From an uncultured Klebsiella sp. (lineage in GTDB: Bacteria; Chloroflexota; Chloroflexia; Chloroflexales; Roseiflexaceae): DNA of 64,000 nucleotides. Positions within the stretch are counted from its first letter, which is position 1. Each line of letters opens with the position of its first letter. The stretch covers positions 5,012 to 69,011 of the forward strand of contig CAYXXK010000009.1 in NCBI GenBank assembly GCA_964469045.1, in the 5' to 3' direction. Both the position numbers and the translations under genes were made by a program. Positions 19,020-28,051 of the stretch are shown in pieces. The notes below the pieces were generated by a model that saw only the letters and a list, made by a program, of their open reading frames with translations, was not told where the DNA came from and searched no databases.

Positions 19020-20960
19020 CTAGTGGTGATGCCCCATGTACGGCGAGTCCTTGCGTGAGTCGACGACCCAGCCACGGATGGCCACAAAGACCATTACGGC
19101 ACCGATGGCGATAAAGCCAAGGGCAGCAACGCGCGTGGGCAAGCCCAAAATGGCTTGGTTGATGTAGATGAAGCCGAGTGAGGCAATCGTCAAACCACCG
19201 GACAAAATCATCGGGCTAAAGGTCAAGCTGGGCATGTGGATGTCCTTGGCGCCCGGCGTGTTCTCATCGGTGTATTCGTAGCGCACCGGTGATGGCTTGC
19301 TTACATGACCGTGATCGTCACCGGCTGCATGTGGGTACTTGGCGTCCCACAATGGGCGGCGGCTGGTCACCACTGGAGTATGGAGGAAGTTGTATGACGG
19401 CGGTGGTGAAGGAATGGTCCACTCTAACGTTGATGCATCCCATGGATCATTACTCGCAACTGCACCATTGCGCAAACTCTTAAACACATTGAACACAAAC
19501 ATCAGCACCGAGAACGCCAACAAGAACGTCCCTACGGTCTCGATTAAGTTCCAAATCTCCCAACCCATGCCGGCCTCGTAGGTGTAGATACGACGTGGCA
19601 TACCCTCTGTACCAACAATATGCATGGGGAAGAAGGTCAGGTTGAACGACACAATCATCAGCCAGAATTGAATCTTGCCTAGCTTCTCGTCAAGCAAGCG
19701 CCCGGTCATTTTGGGGAACCAATAGAAGGCACCCGAGAAGAGACCCAAAATCGAACCGCCGAAGAGCACATAGTGCAAGTGGGCGACGACGTAGTATGAG
19801 TCGGTCTGCTGCAAGTCAATCGGTGGCGATGCCAAGGTGATACCACTGATACCACCGATGATGAACATCGAGATGAAGCCGATAGCGTAGAGCATCGAGG
19901 TGGTCAAGCGCACATCGCCACCCCACATCGTCGCAATCCAGTTGAAGATTTTGACACCAGTTGGAATAGCAATCACCATGCTGGCGCCAGCAAAGAAGGC
20001 GTTGGCCATCGGGCCAAGACCGACACCGAACATGTGGTGTGCCCACACAATGAAGCCCAAGAAGCCGATGGCAACGCCCGAGTAGGCCACAAATGCATAC
20101 CCGAAGATGGGCTTGCGTGAAAAGGTAGGCAGTACCTCTGAGACCATACCCATGACCGGCAAGATCAAGATGTAGACCTCAGGGTGACCAAAGAACCAGA
20201 ACAAGTGCTGCCACAACACGGCATCACCGCCCAAGGCTGGGTTGAAGAAAGCCGCGCCAAACTGGCGGTCGAACAGGAGCTGGATCGAAGCAACGGTGAA
20301 GGTTGGGAATGCGAAGATGATGATAAAGCTGACGACCAAGTTCATCCACACAAACAATGGCATGCGGTTAAGGGTCATCCCTGGTGCACGCATGTTAAGG
20401 ACGGTGACAATGAAATTGAGCGCGCCAGCGATCGAAGCCACACCGGTCAAGCCAAGACCAAGCACCCAGTAGTCCATACCTGAGGTTGGCGAGTAACGGG
20501 TTTGGGTAAGTGGGGCGTATGAAAACCAACCGCCGTTTGGTGCACCACCAGCGATGAAGCTGAAGTAGAGCAACAAACCACCACCCAAGAAGAGCCAAAT
20601 TGACAAGGCATTCAAACGAGGAAACGCCATATCGCGAGCTCCGACCATTAATGGCACGATGTAGTTACCGATACCGACGTTCATGGGCATGATGACCAAG
20701 AACACCATAGTAGTGGCATGCATGGTGAAGAGCTGATTGTAGACATCAGCGCTCAAGAACGTGTTGTTGGGCATACCCAACTGCACACGGATCAACATCG
20801 CCTCGATACCGCCCAGAATGAAGAAGGCAAAGGCGCTGATGATGTAGATGATACCGATTTTCTTATGATCAACGGTGGCCAGCCATGAGCGCCATGAGAA
20901 GCCCTCACTGGTGGCGCTGCCGCTGTGCGTTGAGGTGACGTGTTGCTCAGCAATCGCCAT
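19020..20960 (-). CDS. ctaD: cytochrome c oxidase subunit I (heme-copper oxidase, A type)
   Basis: WLATVDHKKIG, WFFGHPEVYILILP, HHMF and VVAHLHYVL motifs. A C-terminal region of about 100 aa adds two further hydrophobic helices. Confidence 0.95.
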   Translation of the reverse strand: MAIAEQHVTSTHSGSATSEGFSWRSWLATVDHKKIGIIYIISAFAFFILGGIEAMLIRVQLGMPNNTFLSADVYNQLFTMHATTMVFLVIMPMNVGIGNYIVPLMVGARDMAFPRLNALSIWLFLGGGLLLYFSFIAGGAPNGGWFSYAPLTQTRYSPTSGMDYWVLGLGLTGVASIAGALNFIVTVLNMRAPGMTLNRMPLFVWMNLVVSFIIIFAFPTFTVASIQLLFDRQFGAAFFNPALGGDAVLWQHLFWFFGHPEVYILILPVMGMVSEVLPTFSRKPIFGYAFVAYSGVAIGFLGFIVWAHHMFGVGLGPMANAFFAGASMVIAIPTGVKIFNWIATMWGGDVRLTTSMLYAIGFISMFIIGGISGITLASPPIDLQQTDSYYVVAHLHYVLFGGSILGLFSGAFYWFPKMTGRLLDEKLGKIQFWLMIVSFNLTFFPMHIVGTEGMPRRIYTYEAGMGWEIWNLIETVGTFLLAFSVLMFVFNVFKSLRNGAVASNDPWDASTLEWTIPSPPPSYNFLHTPVVTSRRPLWDAKYPHAAGDDHGHVSKPSPVRYEYTDENTPGAKDIHMPSLTFSPMILSGGLTIASLGFIYINQAILGLPTRVAALGFIAIGAVMVFVAIRGWVVDSRKDSPYMGHHH

Positions 20961-20971
20961 TATCGAACTCC

Positions 20972-22072
20972 TTACTTCTCTTCCGGAAGAGTGATGGTCA
21001 ACTTCATACTATCGAGGTATGCAACCAAATCGGCAGCCTCTTGGTCGGTCAACGCCACAGCCTTGCCCTCACCAATCACCTTACCCATCAAGTTGCCTTG
21101 CTTAACGGCCTCAGGATTCTTCAACCACTTTGCTAAGTTCTCGTGGCTGTATGGCAATACGCCTGCAGCAATCGTGACACGGCTTCCGTAGTGGCTCAAG
21201 TTTGGCCCAATCTTGCCGACTGCACCCTCAACACCATCTACCACGTGACAGCTAATACATTGCTTCTTGGCGTCCGCAAATAATGCTGCACCGCGTTGCG
21301 CATCACCCGTCACACCCAATACCTGAATCGTTGTGCTTGGAGCTGCTGGGCGTGCAGCGTACAACTCTTGCCACTTGGCGAATTCTGCTGGCTCAACAGC
21401 AATCACGCGGAAACGCATCTGCGCATGAGCTTCACCACAGAACTCCGCACAAAACGCCCGGTAAATGCCGGGTTCGTTCGCAGTAAATGATAAGTAGTTT
21501 GTCTTGCCAGGAATCATGTAAGTCTTGCCGGCCAACTTCGGTACCCAGAAGTTGTGCATCACGTCAGCAGCCTCAAGCTGAATCTGTACAGGCTGTCCAA
21601 CCGGTATGTACATGTCGCTCGCAGTTACCAACGCACCGTCGTTGTACTGGAACTCAAACCACCACTGGTGGGCAATCGCCTTAATCTTGATGGCTTCAGG
21701 TGGTTGATATGAATTTGCGGCTTGAGTCCGAAACGTCAACACGGCAATTACAAGCACCACAATAGCTGGTGCAATCGTCCAAGCGATTTCGATTTTGGTG
21801 TTGCCATGAACCTGTGCAGGAATGGTCGTTGAGTTATCTTGCTTTGCGCGAAAGCGCCATACCGTGTACACCAATGCGCCTTGCACAATTAAGAAGACGC
21901 CCAACGCCATCCAAAACACTGGCTTGAGCAAATCATCCATAATACGCGTGGCATGGTCACCATACGTGTACACCGTCGTTGCTGGCAGATTGGTACATCC
22001 GGCTAGCAACAGCGCTGAGCCAAGCAAAAAGGCTGATGCCCGCTTTGCGCTCACTTGTGCGTCCTTTCTCAT
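20972..22072 (-). CDS. ctaC: cytochrome c oxidase subunit II fused to a C-terminal cytochrome c domain (caa3 type)
   Basis: CuA site CAEFCGEAHAQM and a C-terminal heme c motif CISCH. Has a lipoprotein-like signal ending LLAGC. Confidence 0.9.
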   Translation of the reverse strand: MRKDAQVSAKRASAFLLGSALLLAGCTNLPATTVYTYGDHATRIMDDLLKPVFWMALGVFLIVQGALVYTVWRFRAKQDNSTTIPAQVHGNTKIEIAWTIAPAIVVLVIAVLTFRTQAANSYQPPEAIKIKAIAHQWWFEFQYNDGALVTASDMYIPVGQPVQIQLEAADVMHNFWVPKLAGKTYMIPGKTNYLSFTANEPGIYRAFCAEFCGEAHAQMRFRVIAVEPAEFAKWQELYAARPAAPSTTIQVLGVTGDAQRGAALFADAKKQCISCHVVDGVEGAVGKIGPNLSHYGSRVTIAAGVLPYSHENLAKWLKNPEAVKQGNLMGKVIGEGKAVALTDQEAADLVAYLDSMKLTITLPEEK

Positions 22073-22459
22073 GCTTTCTCCTCACATGCACCCGCCATAT
22101 CTCGTGCCGTGTGATATGACTCATATAACAATGATGTCGATGCACTACATGGTGTATCGGCATCACTACACACCTGCCCTATGTCATTTGGCACACACAG
22201 AGCGGGAAAATTGCTCATACCGATTATATGCAAATCCCGCAATCCGTCAAACCGAACAAAACCGTTGCATCTATTGGACGTGTGGCATCTTACGGCAGTA
22301 TTTCCATTTTGTGTCTACTCCCTGCCACATCTCGTTTGCCATTCAATAAACTTATGTTACAATCCGTAAACCAATTACGTTAAAGGTAATAGTTTCTGTG
22401 TGTACGTCGCCACACCCATCTTGTGTATGCGTCCAGTGCGCTAGAAAGACATTAGGCAT

Positions 22460-22765
22460 ATGCATCATGCGCATATCTCATCTGCGTTGTCCGAAAACAG
22501 CGACCACGATCGCCATGTAATAACGCGCATCCACCAGTGTTATGCACCGACACTCGACTTGGTCGAATGCGAAATCCTTGATGCGTTGCTCCAGAATGCA
22601 CCGGCTGAATCAATTGCAACGACCACTCAGCTTCATCTTGACACCGTCCGCCGCACCATTAAACACATTGAAGATTTCTTTGGCGTAACATCATCACAAC
22701 AATTGGTTGATAATTGCAATGCACGCGAGTGGAGTAGTGTTATCCACATCAAAAAAGAGCGATAA
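22460..22765 (+). CDS. small LuxR/GerE-type HTH protein (no receiver or ligand domain)
   Basis: ECEILDALLQNAPAESIATTTQLHLDTVRRTIKHIEDFFGV fits the GerE helix-turn-helix pattern. 101 aa. Confidence 0.55.
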   Translation: MHHAHISSALSENSDHDRHVITRIHQCYAPTLDLVECEILDALLQNAPAESIATTTQLHLDTVRRTIKHIEDFFGVTSSQQLVDNCNAREWSSVIHIKKER

Positions 22766-22847
22766 CTTCACGCATTAGTATGATAGCTTAGACAAATTAT
22801 CCGTTAAAATATATTTATATCCAATATGTTTAGCAAGATGACTTGTC

Positions 22848-23738
22848 ATGACAACACGCCTGCAATCACCGCATACTGCAATAGCCATTGTATCGACTAT
22901 CTTGCTCGCAAATTTACTCAATAGTCGCGCAGTGTTTTTGGGACATACTGGGATGTGGGGGATTGGGATATGGCATTGGCTCTTGATAGGCAGCGGTCTA
23001 CTCGCAGCCCTATGGATTTGGTTCGTGGCACCGCTACGCTGGCCACTCGTGGCAACCCTTGGTGCCACCCTCTTTGATATCGGCTGGCATGTTACCAATT
23101 CTATTGACACTGCATATCTTCATTTGGTGAATCCAGGCTACCTGCTCCTCAATATGACACTCATCACGACAATTTGGCAAATCGGTCGTTTGATCCGTTT
23201 CAATCATCCCCATACCCGTGCTAGTGCACTCGTCATGACTGTTCCAACTGTACTGGGATGGAATATCTTTGTGTCACATTCGCCACTTACAGCAGTCTAT
23301 GCAGAAATTTATGGTGGTGGTGAGGCATTAATTGGTCAAGGGTCATCGAGTCTCTTTATTTTTGTGGCAATGTGGAGTGGTGTATGGACCTGGATGCGCC
23401 TCAAGTCAATTCCGTTTGGCACGTTCACCATCATCACCATCATTCTTACCTTCAGCCAAATTGCCATCAAAGGCGAATGGCGGTTTGCCATAATTATGAT
23501 TGGCGCAGCGCTGATTGTCGAGATTAGCCACGCACGATGGCCCAAACACTGGCATCTCAATAGTGTCCTTTGGACAATTTGTTTTGGCGGTGGGTATTTT
23601 GCCACCCTCTCATTAACGACAACCATTGCCTGGGAAACCACAGTTTGGAGTGGCATATTTATTATCATGATGATAATCAGTTATGCATTAGCACGCATCA
23701 GTAACCCATATCACACAACGACAGGAGCCATCGGATGA
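22848..23738 (+). CDS. hypothetical polytopic membrane protein
   Basis: About 8 hydrophobic helices. Its stop overlaps the next start (ATGA at 23735-23738). Confidence 0.6.
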   Translation: MTTRLQSPHTAIAIVSTILLANLLNSRAVFLGHTGMWGIGIWHWLLIGSGLLAALWIWFVAPLRWPLVATLGATLFDIGWHVTNSIDTAYLHLVNPGYLLLNMTLITTIWQIGRLIRFNHPHTRASALVMTVPTVLGWNIFVSHSPLTAVYAEIYGGGEALIGQGSSSLFIFVAMWSGVWTWMRLKSIPFGTFTIITIILTFSQIAIKGEWRFAIIMIGAALIVEISHARWPKHWHLNSVLWTICFGGGYFATLSLTTTIAWETTVWSGIFIIMMIISYALARISNPYHTTTGAIG

Positions 23739-24745
23739 TTGCTGAACGTCTGCACACATCGCGCCTTCATCGTATCGCTGACGCGCTCAGTCAACCACAC
23801 ATCATGGGGTGGTTGATGATGCCAACGGGTATGTGGTTTTTGGCTGGATTATATCTAGATGGGTGGGCACATAATCACGGGAAAGTCGACAATACATTCT
23901 TTACGCCGTGGCATGCAGTCTTCTACTCAGGATTCGGTGCAGTCGCTGTTGTGCTCGGAATATTAGCACTCGCAACCCAGATACGCGGTCAGCTCTGGCA
24001 ACGCGATTTACCAGTTGCGTATCGGAGTGCGATTGTCGCCGCTCCCTTGTTTGCCATGGGCGGTCTCGCCGATTTGTGGTGGCATGAAACATTCGGTTTT
24101 GAGGCAGGCATCGAAATTTTGCTTAGCCCACCACACCTCCTGCTGGCGAGTAGCATGTTTGTCATTTGTGCGGCACCGGCACGCACCTGGACAGCCTACC
24201 ACAATCACAACCCGATTCCAGTGATACTCAGTACGCTCGCTGCGTGGTCAGTGGTTGTCTTCATGCTTCAGTACAACCACCCATACGGCATTATTTGGCC
24301 TGAGCGCAGCGTCATCGGTCAAACTGGGGTGTTAGTCGGGCTTGTCAGTCTCAGCCTACATGCGTTGCTCACGACTGGAGTCGTTCTATGGATGCATGAT
24401 CGACATCTCCCCTATGGCAGTATCACCGCAGTGCTCGTCATTAATGCCCTAATGATCGCCTTGATGGGCGATGAATATCGGTTCGGTTGGGCCGCATTGA
24501 TTGCGGGAATCGGTATTGAAATCGTACGATTTATGAGTCGCACCGCATCGCATTCCAACCAAATACGCGCTCTCACAATCGCCACGCCAGTGCTACTGTG
24601 TGCTGCATACTTTGGGATAATTGCCATGACAACCACATTGCTGTGGCCCCTGAGTTTGTGCGCAAGTGCCATTATTTCATCGACGTTTTGCACATACTCG
24701 TTGTCGTTTATTTGGCCCAAAACCACATATGCGCACGACGCATAA
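23735..24745 (+). CDS. hypothetical polytopic membrane protein with conserved-looking His/Trp loop motifs
   Basis: DGWAHNHG, TPWHAVFYSGF, DLWWHETFGFE and SPPHLL motifs between TM helices. Translationally coupled to the preceding ORF. Confidence 0.65.
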   Translation: MIAERLHTSRLHRIADALSQPHIMGWLMMPTGMWFLAGLYLDGWAHNHGKVDNTFFTPWHAVFYSGFGAVAVVLGILALATQIRGQLWQRDLPVAYRSAIVAAPLFAMGGLADLWWHETFGFEAGIEILLSPPHLLLASSMFVICAAPARTWTAYHNHNPIPVILSTLAAWSVVVFMLQYNHPYGIIWPERSVIGQTGVLVGLVSLSLHALLTTGVVLWMHDRHLPYGSITAVLVINALMIALMGDEYRFGWAALIAGIGIEIVRFMSRTASHSNQIRALTIATPVLLCAAYFGIIAMTTTLLWPLSLCASAIISSTFCTYSLSFIWPKTTYAHDA

Positions 24746-24957
24746 ATTACGTCATCAGCACCATGCTCGTCGCCATCAACACATTCACTAAACAACGTTT
24801 AATTATTTATTGACGTCTACAAACAGTGCGCACATTAAGGTGAGGCATAACACAGATCGTATCAGGCGCTGAGTTGATTCACCTACATATCAACACACTA
24901 TCCCCCCACGTTGTCGAAACAATGTGAGGGGATAGTATGATCATCAATGCATTACAA

Positions 24958-25545
24958 CTAGAGTATGCCTTTGGTGCTTGGCACCGCGTCACCGAGGCGC
25001 GGATCAATACGACTTGCTGCGTCAAGCGCACGACCAAATGCCTTGAAGAGCGCCTCGACCTTGTGATGATCGTTGCGGCCGTACTCAACACGCGCATGCA
25101 GATTCATGCGACCATGGTGCGCAATGCTTTCAAAGAGATGGAAGAGCAAATCCGTACCGAGTGTACCCACCCGCGGCGTGACAAACTCGGCATTGAAGAC
25201 ACAATAAGCCCGCCCACCGAGATCGACGGCCACAAACCCAAGAGCCTCGTCCATCGGCACATAGCTGTGGGCGGTACGCACGATACCACGGCGGTCACCG
25301 AGCGCTTTGTCGATGGCCTGCCCCAGACAAATACACACGTCCTCGGCCGTATGGTGGTCATCGACGTGCAAATCACCGTTGGCGGTGACAGTGATGTCGA
25401 ACTGGCCGTGCTTAGCCATTAGGGTTAACATGTGGTCCAAAAAGCCGATGCCAGTTTGGGCGTGACACTGCCCGGTGCCATCAATGTTAATACTGAGCGT
25501 AATACTTGTTTCACCGGTGGTGCGGGCGATTTGGGCCTGACGCAT
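24958..25545 (-). CDS. hisB: imidazoleglycerol-phosphate dehydratase
   Basis: [32 protein letters not shown] and STKG motifs. Confidence 0.9.
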   Translation of the reverse strand: MRQAQIARTTGETSITLSINIDGTGQCHAQTGIGFLDHMLTLMAKHGQFDITVTANGDLHVDDHHTAEDVCICLGQAIDKALGDRRGIVRTAHSYVPMDEALGFVAVDLGGRAYCVFNAEFVTPRVGTLGTDLLFHLFESIAHHGRMNLHARVEYGRNDHHKVEALFKAFGRALDAASRIDPRLGDAVPSTKGIL

Positions 25546-25595
25546 GATAACTCCTCTGAATCAAAATAGCCGTGTTGTCGGTATTTTACTGCAAA

Positions 25596-27983
25596 TCAAC
25601 GCACGGTCAGGGTACACTCACCAGCCAGCACGTCAATGTGACGACTCCACGACCCGTCGCTCTGGCGGTTCATCGTCAGCGTGCCCCAGGCTTGTTGGGT
25701 GAACCACGGCATCACAAAGGTGTCGCCGGTCAACAGTGCAGCCGGTGGATCAAAACGCATCCAGCCCTCGGCGACGTTACAGGCGAAGCCGGTACTTGCC
25801 GGCAAGAGCATCCAAGCCGCCATCGAGCGGGCGTAGTGATGGCCACACTCGACCTCATTCCACGGATTGCGCTTGGTGCCGTCGTGACGGGCGCGCAAGG
25901 CCTTGACGAGGCGTGTGGCGTTTTTGAGGTCGCCTTGAGTGAGCAAGTGGGCGGCCACGTGGTACTCGATGCCGGTCCAGACTTCGTCGGAGTAGACAAA
26001 CGGGAATCGCGGTCGCCCGCCGTTGGGCCACGAGCACAACACCAGCCCTTGCTCGTCTTCGAGCACATAGGTGCGCTGTGTGTTGATGTGACTCTGGAAC
26101 GACACGCGGAAGTTGTGCTTCACAATTGCCTGCAATGTCTGATCGATCATCTCACGTGGTACCAAATCACCCAAATCGAGCAAGGTGGCATGGAGTTGAC
26201 CCAAGAGTTGATCGGTCAAAATCCCTTGGCCGTGCTGATAGCGCTCAGCGTCGACATCGTCGAGGTGTTGAATGAAATAACTGCCGTTCCAGCACAACTC
26301 AACAAAGCGCTGTTGGCCACGAGTGACACACGCGCGCCAGCGCGCCGCACTTTCGTCATCACCGATGACTTCGGCCAGCGCAGCCCCAGCCTGCAACCCA
26401 GCCAAGTAATAGAGCGTACTGAGCGGATTGGCGCCATAGAACTCGATGTCGTATGTATTGTGCTGACGGCCATCGGGCACGCCGTCACGGTCGGTGTCCC
26501 AGTGGGCATCGGCATAATCAACGGCACGCTTGAGACCTGGATAAATCGCATCGAGCCACGGGCGATCACCGCTGAGTTGCCACTCGCGCCAGGCGCGCAA
26601 GACACAGCCCATTTGGCCATCGATGCAGGCCTCGGGGCGCTGATCGCCCCAGCCCCAGACGAATTCTTCGCCGAATTTTTGGAAGGTACGGAAGATCATG
26701 TAGCCGTCGGCCTCGGTCTCAACCGTGAACTCAATCGTGCGCATGACGCGCTCAAGTTGCGGGAAGAGATACGCCATGGCGTAGGCGTAACTCCAGACGT
26801 GCGTACATGAGCCGGGGCAACAGCCGGCATCATCAAAACACCCCTCCCAGCCATAAAAATCGCCGTCAGCCAGCCAAAAACAGGTGGTTGAGCGCATTGG
26901 TACAATCGTGGCCGCTAACGCGTCACGCATCGGCTCGGGGAGCGTCATCTGTGCAAGGACATCGCGAAATTGGCGAGTTTGGTAGGTGAGTTCGTCTTGC
27001 CGCTGTATCAAATCGGTGACCACAGCTGCCGCTGATGGATAGATGGTGGCATAGTGGTTTTGGGTGAGCGGCGCTGTGGCCTTCTCCCAGGTTTTACGCC
27101 GATTGGGCACGTACCAAGCCAGCACGAATGTGATGGTCTGTTGGGCACCGGGAGCCAAGGTGAGGTGAGCGGCGAGCGAGCCAGTATCGGCGGCACCGCG
27201 TGGTGCGGGTGTGGCGTAGGCGGGGTCAGTCAAACACCCGTCGCCATGGATGTCATCCCAAAAATCCTGCACGTAATCCCACCAACCGCCTCGTAACCAG
27301 GCAGTGCGGTAACTGACATTGGAGTGCGTTGTCGCTAAGACCAACTCAGCGTACTCAAGGGCATCAGGTGATTGGAGGGTATTGCGGTAGTTCAGCTGAT
27401 GATAGGTGGATGCATCGTAGGTAATCAGACCACCACCCGGTCCCGACAGATTACCGTATTTGTCGAAGTGGACGCCGGCCGTGGCATCATACAACGAAAA
27501 TGCCAAGGTTATGTCGAGCGTTGATGCAGATGTATTGGTGACGGTATAGTTCAACACGGCGGCCGGCATACCAGAATCAACCGGGTTCAGTGGCACAAAC
27601 GGCGTAAAGGCCTCGAGTTGTACTGTTACCGGCACAGCTTCATCACTCAGCGCAAGCTCGGCGATGGGATAGATACCAGCGAGACTCGACGTAGCAAACC
27701 GGGGCAACCCATAGGCGGTATGCGGATGATAGCCATGAGAGAGGGCATGGGTGCCAGCAATAGGTCCCTCAAGGATCCGGGTAATGCGCTCGCCACCGTG
27801 GGGCAACACAGAGATGCAGGCGAAGGTGTTGGGCAAGTAGGTACCCTTGGCCGGCGCATTGAAAATCTCCCAATCCTGCAAGTTACCGCGAACACCCAGC
27901 GAGACGTTACCTGAGCCAATCCCGCCAAGTGGGAAAGCGGCTTGGGTGGCGGATGGAGCATACTGACGCGATCGGTCGTTCAT
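25596..27983 (-). CDS. GH116-like beta-glucosidase (non-lysosomal glucosylceramidase / DUF608 family)
   Basis: N-terminal FPLGGIGSGNVSLGVRGNLQDWEIFN signature and a large (alpha/alpha)6-like C-terminal half. No signal peptide seen. Confidence 0.8.
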   Translation of the reverse strand: MNDRSRQYAPSATQAAFPLGGIGSGNVSLGVRGNLQDWEIFNAPAKGTYLPNTFACISVLPHGGERITRILEGPIAGTHALSHGYHPHTAYGLPRFATSSLAGIYPIAELALSDEAVPVTVQLEAFTPFVPLNPVDSGMPAAVLNYTVTNTSASTLDITLAFSLYDATAGVHFDKYGNLSGPGGGLITYDASTYHQLNYRNTLQSPDALEYAELVLATTHSNVSYRTAWLRGGWWDYVQDFWDDIHGDGCLTDPAYATPAPRGAADTGSLAAHLTLAPGAQQTITFVLAWYVPNRRKTWEKATAPLTQNHYATIYPSAAAVVTDLIQRQDELTYQTRQFRDVLAQMTLPEPMRDALAATIVPMRSTTCFWLADGDFYGWEGCFDDAGCCPGSCTHVWSYAYAMAYLFPQLERVMRTIEFTVETEADGYMIFRTFQKFGEEFVWGWGDQRPEACIDGQMGCVLRAWREWQLSGDRPWLDAIYPGLKRAVDYADAHWDTDRDGVPDGRQHNTYDIEFYGANPLSTLYYLAGLQAGAALAEVIGDDESAARWRACVTRGQQRFVELCWNGSYFIQHLDDVDAERYQHGQGILTDQLLGQLHATLLDLGDLVPREMIDQTLQAIVKHNFRVSFQSHINTQRTYVLEDEQGLVLCSWPNGGRPRFPFVYSDEVWTGIEYHVAAHLLTQGDLKNATRLVKALRARHDGTKRNPWNEVECGHHYARSMAAWMLLPASTGFACNVAEGWMRFDPPAALLTGDTFVMPWFTQQAWGTLTMNRQSDGSWSRHIDVLAGECTLTVR

Positions 27984-28051
27984 CGTTGAACTCCTGCATA
28001 AACGAGTACCATCAGCGGGTCGTCTTGATTATGTCACATGCCAGAGGAGTG

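Noticed and set aside
19020-19340. C-terminal extension of about 100 aa with two extra TM helices on cytochrome oxidase subunit I.
   Set aside because: Bacillus-type caa3/aa3 subunit I proteins are known to be longer (about 620 aa, 14 helices), so this is probably a normal feature of this oxidase class.
25572-26810. 412-aa plus-strand ORF, together with similar long ORFs at 3483-4223, 5597-6229, 16082-16729, 38694-39422, 41210-42004, 43589-44158, 46274-46795, 53410-54090, 57414-58466, 58798-59256, 60838-61761 and 63226-63945.
   Set aside because: Each lies antisense to, or out of frame within, a gene with clear family motifs (GH116, MATE, decarboxylase, NudC, M60 peptidase, RmuC and others). 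Their translations are low-complexity and rich in Arg, His, Pro and Thr. They are typical shadow ORFs.
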